DNA of 64,000 bases from Bacteroidota bacterium (GTDB taxonomy: Bacteria; Bacteroidota; Bacteroidia; Flavobacteriales; Flavobacteriaceae): contig JBCBDM010000001.1 of NCBI GenBank assembly GCA_038529705.1, positions 3,025-67,024 of the forward strand, read 5' to 3'. Shown here in pieces: positions 25,633-34,929 of this stretch. How positions within the stretch are numbered: position 1 is the stretch's first letter; each line of letters begins with the position of its first letter. The position numbers were made by a program, and so were the translations under genes. The notes beneath the pieces were generated by a model that saw only the letters and a list, made by a program, of their open reading frames with translations, searched no databases and had not been told where the DNA came from.

Positions 25633-27309
25633 TTAGACATTGTCAAGACGTTTGATAAAGTAAGAAGGATAAATACCATATTTCTTATAAAACGCTTTGG
25701 AGAAATACTCCGCACTGCCAAAACCACTTTCTTCAGCAATGGCCCTTATGGAGTACTTTCTGAACGTCTCATCCTCTTTGAGACGTTTAGCACTTGCACT
25801 CACTCTTAGATCGTTGATGTATGAATTGAAATTCATCTGCTTTTCGGTATTGATCACCTTTGAGAGGTAATTGGCGTTGGTCTTAAGTCTTTTGGCCAGA
25901 CTTTGCAAGGTGATCTTTCCGGACAAATACCCTTTCTCTTGTTCAAAACGTTTTAAACTTTCGGATATTCGAATCCATAACTCCTCCGAAATAGTACCAT
26001 TTTTCCTTTCTCTATGTACATGACCCAACTCCTGTTTCTGCTCTTGCAAACGAATCAACAGCGCTTCGAAGCGCTTCTTATAAATCCATCGCTGCCTTAT
26101 ATAATATCCTAAGATCATTAGACTCATCGCCAAGGCACCCAATACCCACTTGGACCGAAGTTTGACCTTCTTATTCTTAGACTCGAGCTGTTCTATGAGA
26201 TCTTCCCGTTCTTCCAACAAAAGAGGTATCCTATAGTCCCTGATGGTCTTCTCCTTTACGTACTTTTCTTTCTTCCGGATGAGGCTATCCACGGTCAAAA
26301 GATCTTCCAAATACCGCAATTGTAAAACGGGATTCCCTTCTTCTTTGTAATGGTCTTTCAAGGTCCTGTAAACTATTGCTAGTTCTGGATAAACAACCTC
26401 ATTTGCTTTGTAGGTAGAATCGATCTCTCTAAAGACCCTGATTCCCTTCTCTTGTTTCCCTTGTTTTAAGTAGATACTACCAATATAATAAGGATAGGTG
26501 GAATAATCTCCATGATGCTTTCTTCCATGATATCCCTTATTCAAACTATCCAGGGCAGCTTGATAATCACCTTTAAAATACAAGGCATCTCCCGATCGTT
26601 CCACTAGTGAGTAATAGAAAAAATCGTTATGGGTCTCCTTGGCTCTTTCGATGGCCTTTTCAAAATAGTATAAGGCAGAATCTGGTATTCGTAACCTAAC
26701 ATAAGAGGACCCAATGCCACTTACGGTAGGGATATAATGAAATTTTATCGGGTTAGTACTATGGGCATATTCCTCAATAAGAGCTAGACACTGAAGCCTC
26801 AAATTAAGTGACTCTCTATAATTTCCCCATAAACTGTTAACATTAGCCATATACAAATTGGCCGAGATTTGTTGGTCCACATTCCCCTTTTTCTTGGCGA
26901 ATTGATATCCTATAATCGCATTTTCCAAACTCCCTTCATAGTCATTGTATTGATATTGGTAATACGATTTCCATATGTAGGGAGAACTTGGATAATATGA
27001 ATGTCTACTATTCCGGGTCACTGTTATGGCTGAATCCAGATACACAAGAGATTCGGGATAAGAAGAAACTTGTGCCCTAAACTCATAGGCTTCTGCCATT
27101 CTAAGGCTGTCATTCTTAAGGTCTGCTTTTTTCATGTATACTTGGGAGATCTGTAAAGCAGGTATGGTATCTCTCCAGTGTTTATAAAAAAGGTTTGTTA
27201 GTGAGTCATATGACTGTTTGGACAAGCTGAACTCATCATATTCTTGTGCATAAAACAGAGTTTGACTCAGGCAGAAAACCCAAAGAAATAGCAGGGGATA
27301 TTTAATCAT
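25633..27309 (-). CDS. Membrane-spanning TPR-AraC transcriptional regulator (paralog 2)
   Basis: Same architecture; AraC domain nearly identical to paralog 1. Confidence 0.9.
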   Translation of the reverse strand: MIKYPLLFLWVFCLSQTLFYAQEYDEFSLSKQSYDSLTNLFYKHWRDTIPALQISQVYMKKADLKNDSLRMAEAYEFRAQVSSYPESLVYLDSAITVTRNSRHSYYPSSPYIWKSYYQYQYNDYEGSLENAIIGYQFAKKKGNVDQQISANLYMANVNSLWGNYRESLNLRLQCLALIEEYAHSTNPIKFHYIPTVSGIGSSYVRLRIPDSALYYFEKAIERAKETHNDFFYYSLVERSGDALYFKGDYQAALDSLNKGYHGRKHHGDYSTYPYYIGSIYLKQGKQEKGIRVFREIDSTYKANEVVYPELAIVYRTLKDHYKEEGNPVLQLRYLEDLLTVDSLIRKKEKYVKEKTIRDYRIPLLLEEREDLIEQLESKNKKVKLRSKWVLGALAMSLMILGYYIRQRWIYKKRFEALLIRLQEQKQELGHVHRERKNGTISEELWIRISESLKRFEQEKGYLSGKITLQSLAKRLKTNANYLSKVINTEKQMNFNSYINDLRVSASAKRLKEDETFRKYSIRAIAEESGFGSAEYFSKAFYKKYGIYPSYFIKRLDNV

Positions 27310-27342
27310 AGATCGAAACGGTCAAATTCTAGGGGAGCCCTG

Positions 27343-27350
27343 CAAATATA
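27343..27350 (-). promoter_or_regulatory. Bacteroidota -7 promoter element for the AraC pair
   Basis: TATATTTG (TAnnTTTG) on the minus strand, ~33 nt upstream of the ATG at 27309. Confidence 0.5.
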
Positions 27351-27432
27351 GACAAAGAACCAAATGAGCAAGGTAATTTGAAGTATAATTAAGCGAGATG
27401 GGTAGGAAATAGTATAACGATAAAAATTCAGT

Positions 27433-27604
27433 CCTTTTTTAGTGAGGGGCCAGGCGGTGAGGTGGCGACACTACTGCAAATAGAAAATCCAGATGGGATT
27501 AGCTCCGCTGGTCCCAGGACCGAACGGCCAAAAAAGGTTTGGGGAACCTTTTTTAGTGAGGGGCCAGGCGGTGAGGTGGCGACACTACTGCAAATAGAAA
27601 ATCC
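27433..27604. repeat. Two identical 58-bp direct repeats (27433-27490 and 27547-27604) with a 56-bp spacer; REP-like
   Basis: CCTTTTTTAGTGAGGGGCCAGGCGGTGAGGTGGCGACACTACTGCAAATAGAAAATCC occurs twice; 10-bp stem AAAAAAGGTT/AACCTTTTTT at 27530-27554. Confidence 0.85.
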
Positions 27605-27670
27605 TCACGCCTAAGGCCGTGACCTTTTTTATTCCTGCGAACCTAAAAGCAAGCTTTCAGTTCTTGGAAT

Positions 27671-27700
27671 AAAAAAATCCGCACTTTCAGTGCGGATTTT
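27671..27700 (-). terminator. Rho-independent terminator of tRNA-Ala
   Basis: AAAATCCGCAC-N5-GTGCGGATTTT with a T-run on the minus strand. Confidence 0.8.
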
Positions 27701-27710
27701 CTGCTTGATG

Positions 27711-27784
27711 TGGAGAAGATGGGACTCGAACCCACGACCTCTTGACTGCCAGTCAAGCGCTCTAGCCAGCTGAGCTACATCCCC
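27711..27784 (-). tRNA. tRNA-Ala(GGC)
   Basis: GGGGATGTAGCTCAGCTGGCTAGAGCGCTTGACTGGCAGTCAAGAGGTCGTGGGTTCGAGTCCCATCTTCTCCA; anticodon GGC; G3:U70 pair; CCA not encoded. Confidence 0.97.
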
Positions 27785-27812
27785 GTTTCGAAGAGCGAAA
27801 ATAATAAAAAAA

Positions 27813-28607
27813 TTACTCCTGCCCTCTTAAAATAAGCAAAGGTTTACTGGTGTGGAATTCTTTTTTCAATACGGAGTTCTTTTCCCATAATTTTTTGAAG
27901 AATCCTCTCTTACGTCTTAACACACATAACATATCCGGATTATGAGACTGGAAATGCTCCAAAACTCCCTGAAAGATAGTCGCATTTTCGGTTTCCTTCA
28001 AAGAAGACTTGAGCGCAACTAACTCCTTGTCCAACGGGGTATCGTCATTCGCCACATCCGGAGTTTTAACATGCAACAGGTTTACTTTCGCACTAAATAA
28101 CTCCGCTATATCCTTGAGAGGATCCAGCACATTTTCTTTTTCAAAATAACCTCTCTTAAAGGCCAATAGTATGGTTTCTGCCTTTCGGAATAAATAATTC
28201 CTGGGGACGATCAACAAGGGGATATCCGTTTGCTTTACAATCTTCCCGGTAACACTTCCCAAATAAACCTCATCTTTGATCTCAACGCTCTGAGGAGATA
28301 AGATCACCAGATCGATCTCCAACAACTTGGAAACCCGACTAATAGCCTCAAAGGGATCTCCTTTGATAGGCCTGGAAATTACCTCCACTCCCGCCGTGTC
28401 CACTTCGCTCAAAAGATCCTCTAAAATGGCCTCACTATCATCCATCATTAACTGATTTACCTTGGTCAGACCAGCCACCTTGGAAAACTCCTTGTAAATA
28501 TTGATCACATATACTTTTGCCCCGGTCATTGCGGCAAAATTCACAGCATATCGCAAATTGTTCAATCCGTTCTCCTTCGAACCCACCGGAACCAAAATAT
28601 TCTTCAT
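27813..28607 (-). CDS. Universal stress protein (Usp family)
   Basis: MKNILVPVG..., LGSVTGKIVKQTDIPLLIVP; two Usp-like domains. Confidence 0.9.
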   Translation of the reverse strand: MKNILVPVGSKENGLNNLRYAVNFAAMTGAKVYVINIYKEFSKVAGLTKVNQLMMDDSEAILEDLLSEVDTAGVEVISRPIKGDPFEAISRVSKLLEIDLVILSPQSVEIKDEVYLGSVTGKIVKQTDIPLLIVPRNYLFRKAETILLAFKRGYFEKENVLDPLKDIAELFSAKVNLLHVKTPDVANDDTPLDKELVALKSSLKETENATIFQGVLEHFQSHNPDMLCVLRRKRGFFKKLWEKNSVLKKEFHTSKPLLILRGQE

Positions 28608-28669
28608 AATAGTAGTATCTTTAATTTTATCCCTTCATCCAAGGATCGCTGCAAAATTAATCCTAAAAA

Positions 28670-29173
28670 ATGATTCGATTAGCAAAACTTTCAGAAATTG
28701 AACAAATTATGGCAATTACCCGTGCCTGTGCCCATAAGATGATCTCCGAAAATATCTTTCAGTGGAACGAACACTATCCCAATGTGGATGCCTTTATGGA
28801 GGATTTGGAAAGAGAGGAGCTTTTTGTACTGTTGAATAAGGAAAGGGTAATTGGTAGTATCACTATTTCTTCCAGGAAGGATGTGGAATATGAAGCTATC
28901 GATTGGCTCACAGAAGACGGACACCAATACTATATCCACCGTCTGGCAGTAGACCCTTCCTTTCAACACCAGGGCAACGCCAAAAAATTGATGGACTTTG
29001 CAGAAGACTATGCCATCAAAAACGGGGCAACTTCCGTTAGGCTGGACACCTTCAGTGGAAACCCGAGAAATGAACGCTTTTATGAAGCTCGAGGCTATTC
29101 CAAATTAGCTCCGGTATTTTTTCCAAAGCAAAGTGATCTACCATTTTACTGTTATGAGCGGGTGTTCGATTAG
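28670..29173 (+). CDS. GNAT family N-acetyltransferase
   Basis: IHRLAVDPSFQHQGNAKKLM acetyl-CoA motif; VRLDTFSGN...FYEARGY. Confidence 0.9.
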   Translation: MIRLAKLSEIEQIMAITRACAHKMISENIFQWNEHYPNVDAFMEDLEREELFVLLNKERVIGSITISSRKDVEYEAIDWLTEDGHQYYIHRLAVDPSFQHQGNAKKLMDFAEDYAIKNGATSVRLDTFSGNPRNERFYEARGYSKLAPVFFPKQSDLPFYCYERVFD

Positions 29174-30915
29174 TTCCTTCCTGCAGATCGGGCTAAAGTG
29201 AAAAACCCTCTAAATACCCTATTGTCTGAAGTAAAGGCCTCATACCAGTAACTCGAGGAAGGCATTAATTCTCCATTATAGGTACCGTCCCATCCAAGGT
29301 CTGATGACCGAAACGTAGAAAGCAATTTTCCGTATCGATCGTAGATAAAAATAGTGGTGATGGGCAGGGCATTGGTTCTGGGTGGAACGTATTGCCAATA
29401 GTCCTTGATTCCATCATTATTGGGTGAAAAAAAGGTAGGAAAGCCGGTGGGAGGTAATCGAAGTATCACCCTCGTCTCAATAACGCCACACCCATTCTTA
29501 TCCCTTATATAGACTGTATAGGTCCCCTCTGTCAAACCGAAGAACACATTCTGATCACTATAAGGACCCTCCACATCGTTCAATGAAAACTCATAGTCTC
29601 CAATACCTGAAACGATCACCGTTATGGTGAACACTCCGGAATCCTCTTCCTTTAAGACATTCTCAACAACCGCCGTGGCGGAAGACACTACTGTAAACTC
29701 TTTAGTACTGGAACATTCTATGATCACTCCTTCCTGATCGATCAAGAGATAGATCTCATAACGATAGGGGCCTGTTTCAGAAATATCCACAAAAGGTTCT
29801 TCAGAAAGAAGCACCTCATCGCCTGAAGGCAGAATTTTATACCATCGGTATCCATCCACCTGGTCCGGAGCATTGATACGGGTAGGCAGATTATTTTCGC
29901 AAATTCCTATCACATCGGGCAGGGTAATTTCCGGATTTAAAGTAACTATCTCTCCCGTCACCGGGTCGATAAAAGGCCCACAACCGGGAACCGTAGAAAA
30001 GGACCACTGTTCGCAATCTTGAGCCTGCCCGGCCTCATTGAACGGAATAATCCGAATGAAGTAGGTCCTGTTGGATTCGAATTCGATCACAAAGGTAGAG
30101 GTCGCTGTGAAGATGAGTCCGTCTACAATGTCATTTATAAAGGGCGTGGTTCCTATGAATAAAATATATCCCGTGGCTCCATCCACCGGTAACCACTCTA
30201 TCAAAGGTGAAAGTTGTACTCCCATCTCTCCGGGCATGGGGGAAACTAATGTTGTACATCCTGGAGGATCTCCAAGGTCTCCCGTAGTAAAACTCTCCTC
30301 AGGACAATCCACGGCATTTCCGTTCTCATTGTAGGGAGTAATTCTCACAAAGATTTCGGCACCGGTAGGCAAGTCGGTAGGCGGGTTATAAAAAAGCGTA
30401 TTCCCAAGATCAAAATTGTTTAAAATATCCCCCGTTCCGGGGGCCGTACCTATAGTAAGACGATACCCTGTGGCACGTGCTGCATAGTTCCAGGAAAGAT
30501 TGGTGCCCGCATTTATGTCTATATCACCATTCAGTGGCGTATTTAATTGAGTACAATCCGGCACAGTGGTTACGTTTTCTGTGGTAAACGAACCCAACTC
30601 ACAAACAATGTCCGGCTGATCGAAAAAGAACATGGTTACCGTTACGTGGATCGTAGTACTTTCCGGGAGTCCCAAAGGAGGGTTGTAAGTAGTAGCACTT
30701 CCTACCGATTGTTCATTGAGGATGTCTGTACCTCCGGGTGTAGTCCCCAAGGAGATAATGTACCCTGGTACTCCCGTGACCTCACTCCAACTAATCGAAG
30801 TAGTTACAGGAATATTGGTTGAGCCAGGAGTGGGGTCCAACAAGTTAGGACAGTCCTGCGAATAACCCACCGCAATTACAAAAAAACAGGCAATATGTAG
30901 TATCCACTTACGCAT
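29170..30915 (-). CDS. T9SS type B sorting domain protein with FnIII-like repeats
   Basis: Probable start MRKWILH; three repeats (W....A.GY...GT.PG..DI); CTD FPTFFSPNNDGIKDYW...IYDRYGKLL...WDGTYNGELMPSSSYWY. Confidence 0.85.
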   Translation of the reverse strand: MRKWILHIACFFVIAVGYSQDCPNLLDPTPGSTNIPVTTSISWSEVTGVPGYIISLGTTPGGTDILNEQSVGSATTYNPPLGLPESTTIHVTVTMFFFDQPDIVCELGSFTTENVTTVPDCTQLNTPLNGDIDINAGTNLSWNYAARATGYRLTIGTAPGTGDILNNFDLGNTLFYNPPTDLPTGAEIFVRITPYNENGNAVDCPEESFTTGDLGDPPGCTTLVSPMPGEMGVQLSPLIEWLPVDGATGYILFIGTTPFINDIVDGLIFTATSTFVIEFESNRTYFIRIIPFNEAGQAQDCEQWSFSTVPGCGPFIDPVTGEIVTLNPEITLPDVIGICENNLPTRINAPDQVDGYRWYKILPSGDEVLLSEEPFVDISETGPYRYEIYLLIDQEGVIIECSSTKEFTVVSSATAVVENVLKEEDSGVFTITVIVSGIGDYEFSLNDVEGPYSDQNVFFGLTEGTYTVYIRDKNGCGVIETRVILRLPPTGFPTFFSPNNDGIKDYWQYVPPRTNALPITTIFIYDRYGKLLSTFRSSDLGWDGTYNGELMPSSSYWYEAFTSDNRVFRGFFTLARSAGRN

Positions 30916-31064
30916 GAGTGCTTCATTAAAAACCGACATCACCCACTCGGGATGATGGTATCGAAGTAAAGGGTCTTATGGCAATTTTTACTAAAGATAA
31001 ACAATTTTATAAGCATCTGCCCACTTGTCATGGTTAAGAAGTAGTTTTAGGCTAATTTTGCCAC

Positions 31065-32408
31065 TTGAAAACTCCAATGACCAACGTTTCATTCAAGCGA
31101 ATTCAACAATTGGCGCTTCCGGCTATCGTTGCGGGTATTGCAGAACCCGTGCTTTCGAGTACCGATGCGGCCATTGTAGGTAATATTCCCGAATTCGGTA
31201 CCGAGTCGCTGGCAGCTGTGGGAATTGTAGGCACATTCCTATCGGCACTCATCTGGATATTAGGGCAAACCCGAAGCGCAATCTCCGCCATCGTTTCACA
31301 AAACCTGGGAGCAGGCAATATTGAGGACCTCAAAAGATTTCCTGCCCAGGCGATCTTTTTTAATATAACGCTTAGCATCATTCTCTTGTTGTCTACCTAC
31401 TTCTTCGTTGAGCCCATATTCCGACTCCTCAATGCCAGAGATATGATCCTGGAACTCAGTATAGATTACTACTATATAAGAGTTTGGGGCTTCCCCTTAA
31501 CGCTATTCACCTTTGCCATTTTTGGTCTTTTCAGAGGGCTGCAAAATACCTTCTGGCCCATGGTTATAGCAGGTATAGGTGCAGCTTTGAACATAGGGTT
31601 AGACTTTGCCCTCGTATATGGTATTGAAGGTCTTATCCCCCCTATGGCCGTTAAAGGGGCCGCCTGGGCCAGTTTAATATCTCAGGCCATTATGGCTATT
31701 TTGGCGCTCATTCTTCTATTGAAAAAGACGAATGTTTCGCTTCGATTAAGTTTCAATCTGCACCCGGAAATTAATCGTTTGGTGACCATGAGTTTTAATC
31801 TCTTTATACGTTCGGTAGCACTGAACGCCGCCCTTATCCTGGCAACTCGCGAAGCTACCGCCTTGGGAAAAGAGTATATTGCGGCTCATACCATCGCCTT
31901 TAATATCTGGATCTTTTCGGCTTTCTTTATCGACGGATATGGTGCAGCAGGCAACATATTGGGAGGAAAGTTGCTCGGCGAAAAAAACTACCCTACCCTA
32001 TGGACTCTTACCAAGAGAGTAAATACCTATAATCTCATAGTGGCCGGCGTGCTTATGGCCTTTGGTTTTGTATTTTACCAACCTCTTGGAATGATCTTTA
32101 ATAAAGACCCCATGGTACTCAATGTCTTTAATGCCATGTTCTTTGTAGTGATCATCACCCTACCATTCAATTCCCTGGCATTTACCCTCGATTCGCTCTT
32201 CAAAGGGTTGGGAGAAATGAGTTTCCTTCGGAATGTACTATTGGGGGCCACCTTCTTCGGATTCATCCCCGTGTTATACTTCTCCAAATACATGGGTTGG
32301 GGCCTCAAAGGCATCTGGGTCGCTATGACCGTTTGGGTAGCCTACAGGGCCATCGCACTCATGATTAAATTCAGAAGAAAATACATCCCTTTGATCGAAA
32401 ATAAATAA
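31065..32408 (+). CDS. MATE family efflux transporter
   Basis: About 12 TM in two repeats; LALPAI..., YYYIRVWGFP, GVKGAAWA-like motif. Confidence 0.9.
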   Translation: MKTPMTNVSFKRIQQLALPAIVAGIAEPVLSSTDAAIVGNIPEFGTESLAAVGIVGTFLSALIWILGQTRSAISAIVSQNLGAGNIEDLKRFPAQAIFFNITLSIILLLSTYFFVEPIFRLLNARDMILELSIDYYYIRVWGFPLTLFTFAIFGLFRGLQNTFWPMVIAGIGAALNIGLDFALVYGIEGLIPPMAVKGAAWASLISQAIMAILALILLLKKTNVSLRLSFNLHPEINRLVTMSFNLFIRSVALNAALILATREATALGKEYIAAHTIAFNIWIFSAFFIDGYGAAGNILGGKLLGEKNYPTLWTLTKRVNTYNLIVAGVLMAFGFVFYQPLGMIFNKDPMVLNVFNAMFFVVIITLPFNSLAFTLDSLFKGLGEMSFLRNVLLGATFFGFIPVLYFSKYMGWGLKGIWVAMTVWVAYRAIALMIKFRRKYIPLIENK

Positions 32409-32413
32409 CTTTG
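32406..32413 (+). promoter_or_regulatory. Bacteroidota -7 promoter element upstream of the small ORF/queD/lpxH genes
   Basis: TAACTTTG matches TAnnTTTG, 15 nt before the ATG at 32429. Confidence 0.5.
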
Positions 32414-32428
32414 CCAAAATTTCTCGGC

Positions 32429-32560
32429 ATGGAAATTCTTGAGTTTCTGAACAGCAGTAAATTCTTTATGATTCTGGGACTCTTTGTGGTTCTTGCCCTG
32501 CTGTACAGAAAATTGAAAGACCGCAGAGATTTCAATCGCAATTCGAAAAAGAGAAAATAA
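32429..32560 (+). CDS. Small single-TM protein (43 aa; not in the ORF track)
   Basis: MEILEFLNSSKFFMILGLFVVLALLYRKLKDRRDFNRNSKKRK*; fills the MATE-queD gap and ends 3 bp before queD. Confidence 0.55.
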   Translation: MEILEFLNSSKFFMILGLFVVLALLYRKLKDRRDFNRNSKKRK

Positions 32561-32563
32561 GAT

Positions 32564-33016
32564 ATGGCCCAAATTCGCATCACAAAACAATTTTCGTTCG
32601 AAACCGGTCATGCCCTTTACGGTTATGATGGTAAATGCCGCAACGTACACGGGCACAGCTATAAACTATCTGTGACGGTTTTTGGCACGCCCATAGACGA
32701 CACCACACATGTTAAATTTGGAATGGTGATCGATTTTGGAGATCTGAAAAAGATCGTGAAAGAGGAAATCGTGGACGTGTTCGACCACGCCACCGTATTC
32801 AACAAAAATACCCCTCATGTGGAGCTGGCACAAGAGTTGGCTAATCGAGGTCATAATGTGCTCCTGGTAGATTACCAACCTACCAGCGAAATGATGGTAA
32901 TCGATTTTGCAGAAAAGATAAAAACCCGCCTACCTGAAAATATTCAGCTTCATTCCTTAAAACTACAAGAAACGGCTACCAGCTATGCGGAGTGGTTTGC
33001 CAGTGATAATGACTAG
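32564..33016 (+). CDS. queD: 6-carboxy-5,6,7,8-tetrahydropterin synthase
   Basis: FETGHAL..YDGKCRNVHGHSY, DFGDLK, FDH, PTSE motifs. Confidence 0.92.
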   Translation: MAQIRITKQFSFETGHALYGYDGKCRNVHGHSYKLSVTVFGTPIDDTTHVKFGMVIDFGDLKKIVKEEIVDVFDHATVFNKNTPHVELAQELANRGHNVLLVDYQPTSEMMVIDFAEKIKTRLPENIQLHSLKLQETATSYAEWFASDND

Positions 33017-33122
33017 GGCGCTCCTCTGGCTTCGCGCCGCGGAGCCCTGCGCTTAGCAGAGTCGGGTTTTCCGCTATATCCCCCAATCAAGTTGGGGGGA
33101 TGTCGCTGCAACCCCTAGCGCA
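33014..33122 (+). ncRNA. Flavo-1-like structured RNA/repeat element
   Basis: GC-rich intergenic GTCGGGTTTTCCGCTATATC-CCCCAA-N5-TTGGGG-GGATGTCGCTGCAACCCCTAGCGC resembles, from memory, the Flavo-1 motif; needs a covariance-model check. Confidence 0.55.
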
Positions 33123-33173
33123 GCTTTCCATGTTACATTATTTCTACTGTATCCGATTTATTATCTTTACCCC

Positions 33174-33929
33174 ATGCAAATACCTCCCGGTAAAAAAATA
33201 TACTTCTCGAGCGATAATCATTTGGGTGCCCCAAGCAAGGAGGAAAGCAGGCCCCGTGAGATTAAATTTGTACGCTGGCTGGACGAGATAAAAGAAGATG
33301 CTGCTGCCATTTTCCTATTGGGGGATCTATTTGACTTTTGGTTCGAATACAAAACCGTCGTCCCTAAAGGCTTTGTTCGGATCTTAGGTAAATTAGCGGA
33401 AATAAGTGATAGCGGAATTCCCATCCATTTCTTTGTGGGAAATCACGATCTTTGGATGCGAAATTATTTTGAAGACGAACTCAATATTCCCACGTACAGA
33501 GATGTAAAAGAATTCACCTTTAGCAACAAGACCTTTCTCATAGGGCATGGAGATGGTAAAGGACCCGGGGATAAGGGATATAAACGCATGAAAAAGGTAT
33601 TCACCAACAGTTTTTTTAATTGGTGCTTTCGATGGTTCCATCCCGAACTTGGTATGCGCCTGGCCCATTATTTATCTGTTAAGAACAAGGTCATTTCCGG
33701 AGATGAGGATAAAAAATTCCTGGGCGAAGACAAGGAATGGTTGGCCCTATACGCCAGACGAAAGCTAGAAACCAGGCATTACGATTACTTCATTTTTGGC
33801 CATCGTCATCTCCCCATGGAAATTCAGGTGGGGGACAACTCGACCTACTTCAATTTGGGAGACTGGATTACTCATTTTACCTATGGCGTATTCGATGGCA
33901 CGCAATTTGAACTGAAGGAGTTTGTTTAA
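33174..33929 (+). CDS. lpxH: UDP-2,3-diacylglucosamine diphosphatase
   Basis: Metallophosphoesterase motifs SDNHLG, LGDLFDFW, GNHD, HGDG, FGHRH. Confidence 0.88.
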   Translation: MQIPPGKKIYFSSDNHLGAPSKEESRPREIKFVRWLDEIKEDAAAIFLLGDLFDFWFEYKTVVPKGFVRILGKLAEISDSGIPIHFFVGNHDLWMRNYFEDELNIPTYRDVKEFTFSNKTFLIGHGDGKGPGDKGYKRMKKVFTNSFFNWCFRWFHPELGMRLAHYLSVKNKVISGDEDKKFLGEDKEWLALYARRKLETRHYDYFIFGHRHLPMEIQVGDNSTYFNLGDWITHFTYGVFDGTQFELKEFV

Positions 33930-33940
33930 ACCCATGGAAT

Positions 33941-34885
33941 ATGAGCTTGTTTCGTCCGCTTATTGTCACTATGCTCCTCATAATGCTGTCTTCCTTTACG
34001 AAGGTATCGGCTCAAGATGAAAAACACAGTTTATGGCATGAGGGGCGGCTGAGGACTTATTGGGTCCATCTTCCAAAAGACTATACGCCACAAAATAACT
34101 ACCCCTTAGTGCTTGCCTTACATGGTGGTGGTGGAACTGCCAAGCGATTCAACAGAAGTACCCGTAGCCGATTCAATGAGCTGGCAGATGAAGAAAATTT
34201 TGTTTTGGTATATCCACAAGGAGTAAAGAAATCCTGGAACGATAATCGCAAACGTGATACCCTGGGTGCCGCCCGAAAGTTAGATATAGATGACGTGGGC
34301 TTCATTGAAAAAATGATCGCTGCACTGGAAACCGACTATTCCATTAATAGCAATGCCATTTTCTCCTGCGGAATATCCAACGGTGGCCTTATGTCTTTGA
34401 CCCTCGCCACAGCCTTACCAGGCAAAATAAAAGCCATTGGGATGGTCGCCTCCAATTTTAGCGAAGCACAGGCACAGGAAATGGAGAATGCTTCACCCTT
34501 CTCATGTCTCATCATTCACGGTACGGAAGACCCCATTTTTCCCTATGAAGAAGGAGATATAACAATTTTCAAGCAGAGAAGAGGGAAGGTGTTGGGATTT
34601 GAAAAAAGCCTGGAACTTATGCGGAACCTAAACGGAAACTTTACCCCCGCCATCGTTCGCGTCATACCCAATAGCTCAAAAAAAGACGGCTGCACAGCAG
34701 TGTACAGTACGTTCCCAAATCCAAATAATCCACACTGGAAACTGGATGCCATCACGGTTATCGGAGGAGGCCATACCTGGCCGGGAGGGACACAATATTT
34801 ACCAAAGAAGTTCATTGGAAAAACCTCAAGGGATTTCAACGCCTGTGATAGCCTATGGGAGTTTTTTAAAAGTACGATCGATTAA
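33941..34885 (+). CDS. Secreted alpha/beta-hydrolase esterase (LpqC/PHB depolymerase-like)
   Basis: PLVLALHGGGG, DDVGFI, GISNGG nucleophile, HGTEDP, GGGHTWPG. Confidence 0.85.
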   Translation: MSLFRPLIVTMLLIMLSSFTKVSAQDEKHSLWHEGRLRTYWVHLPKDYTPQNNYPLVLALHGGGGTAKRFNRSTRSRFNELADEENFVLVYPQGVKKSWNDNRKRDTLGAARKLDIDDVGFIEKMIAALETDYSINSNAIFSCGISNGGLMSLTLATALPGKIKAIGMVASNFSEAQAQEMENASPFSCLIIHGTEDPIFPYEEGDITIFKQRRGKVLGFEKSLELMRNLNGNFTPAIVRVIPNSSKKDGCTAVYSTFPNPNNPHWKLDAITVIGGGHTWPGGTQYLPKKFIGKTSRDFNACDSLWEFFKSTID

Positions 34886-34929
34886 TTACGTCTTGCGAAA
34901 AGCTCGAGTTATCGCGTTAGAATGATTCC

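Noticed and set aside
27433-27604. CRISPR array
   Set aside because: Only two copies, 58 bp long with a 56-bp spacer, and no cas genes; does not fit CRISPR repeat-spacer geometry.
1-27784. Integrative element or genomic island inserted at tRNA-Ala
   Set aside because: Accessory content abuts the tRNA 3' side, but no integrase, att duplication or broad GC shift is visible in the window; cannot be supported here.
32400-32563. preQ1 riboswitch upstream of queD
   Set aside because: No preQ1-I consensus stem or A-rich tail recognisable; the region appears coding.
32342-32656. Minus-strand ORFs in the MATE-queD gap
   Set aside because: They overlap real plus-strand genes; the gap is better explained by the 43-aa plus-strand ORF with a promoter box.
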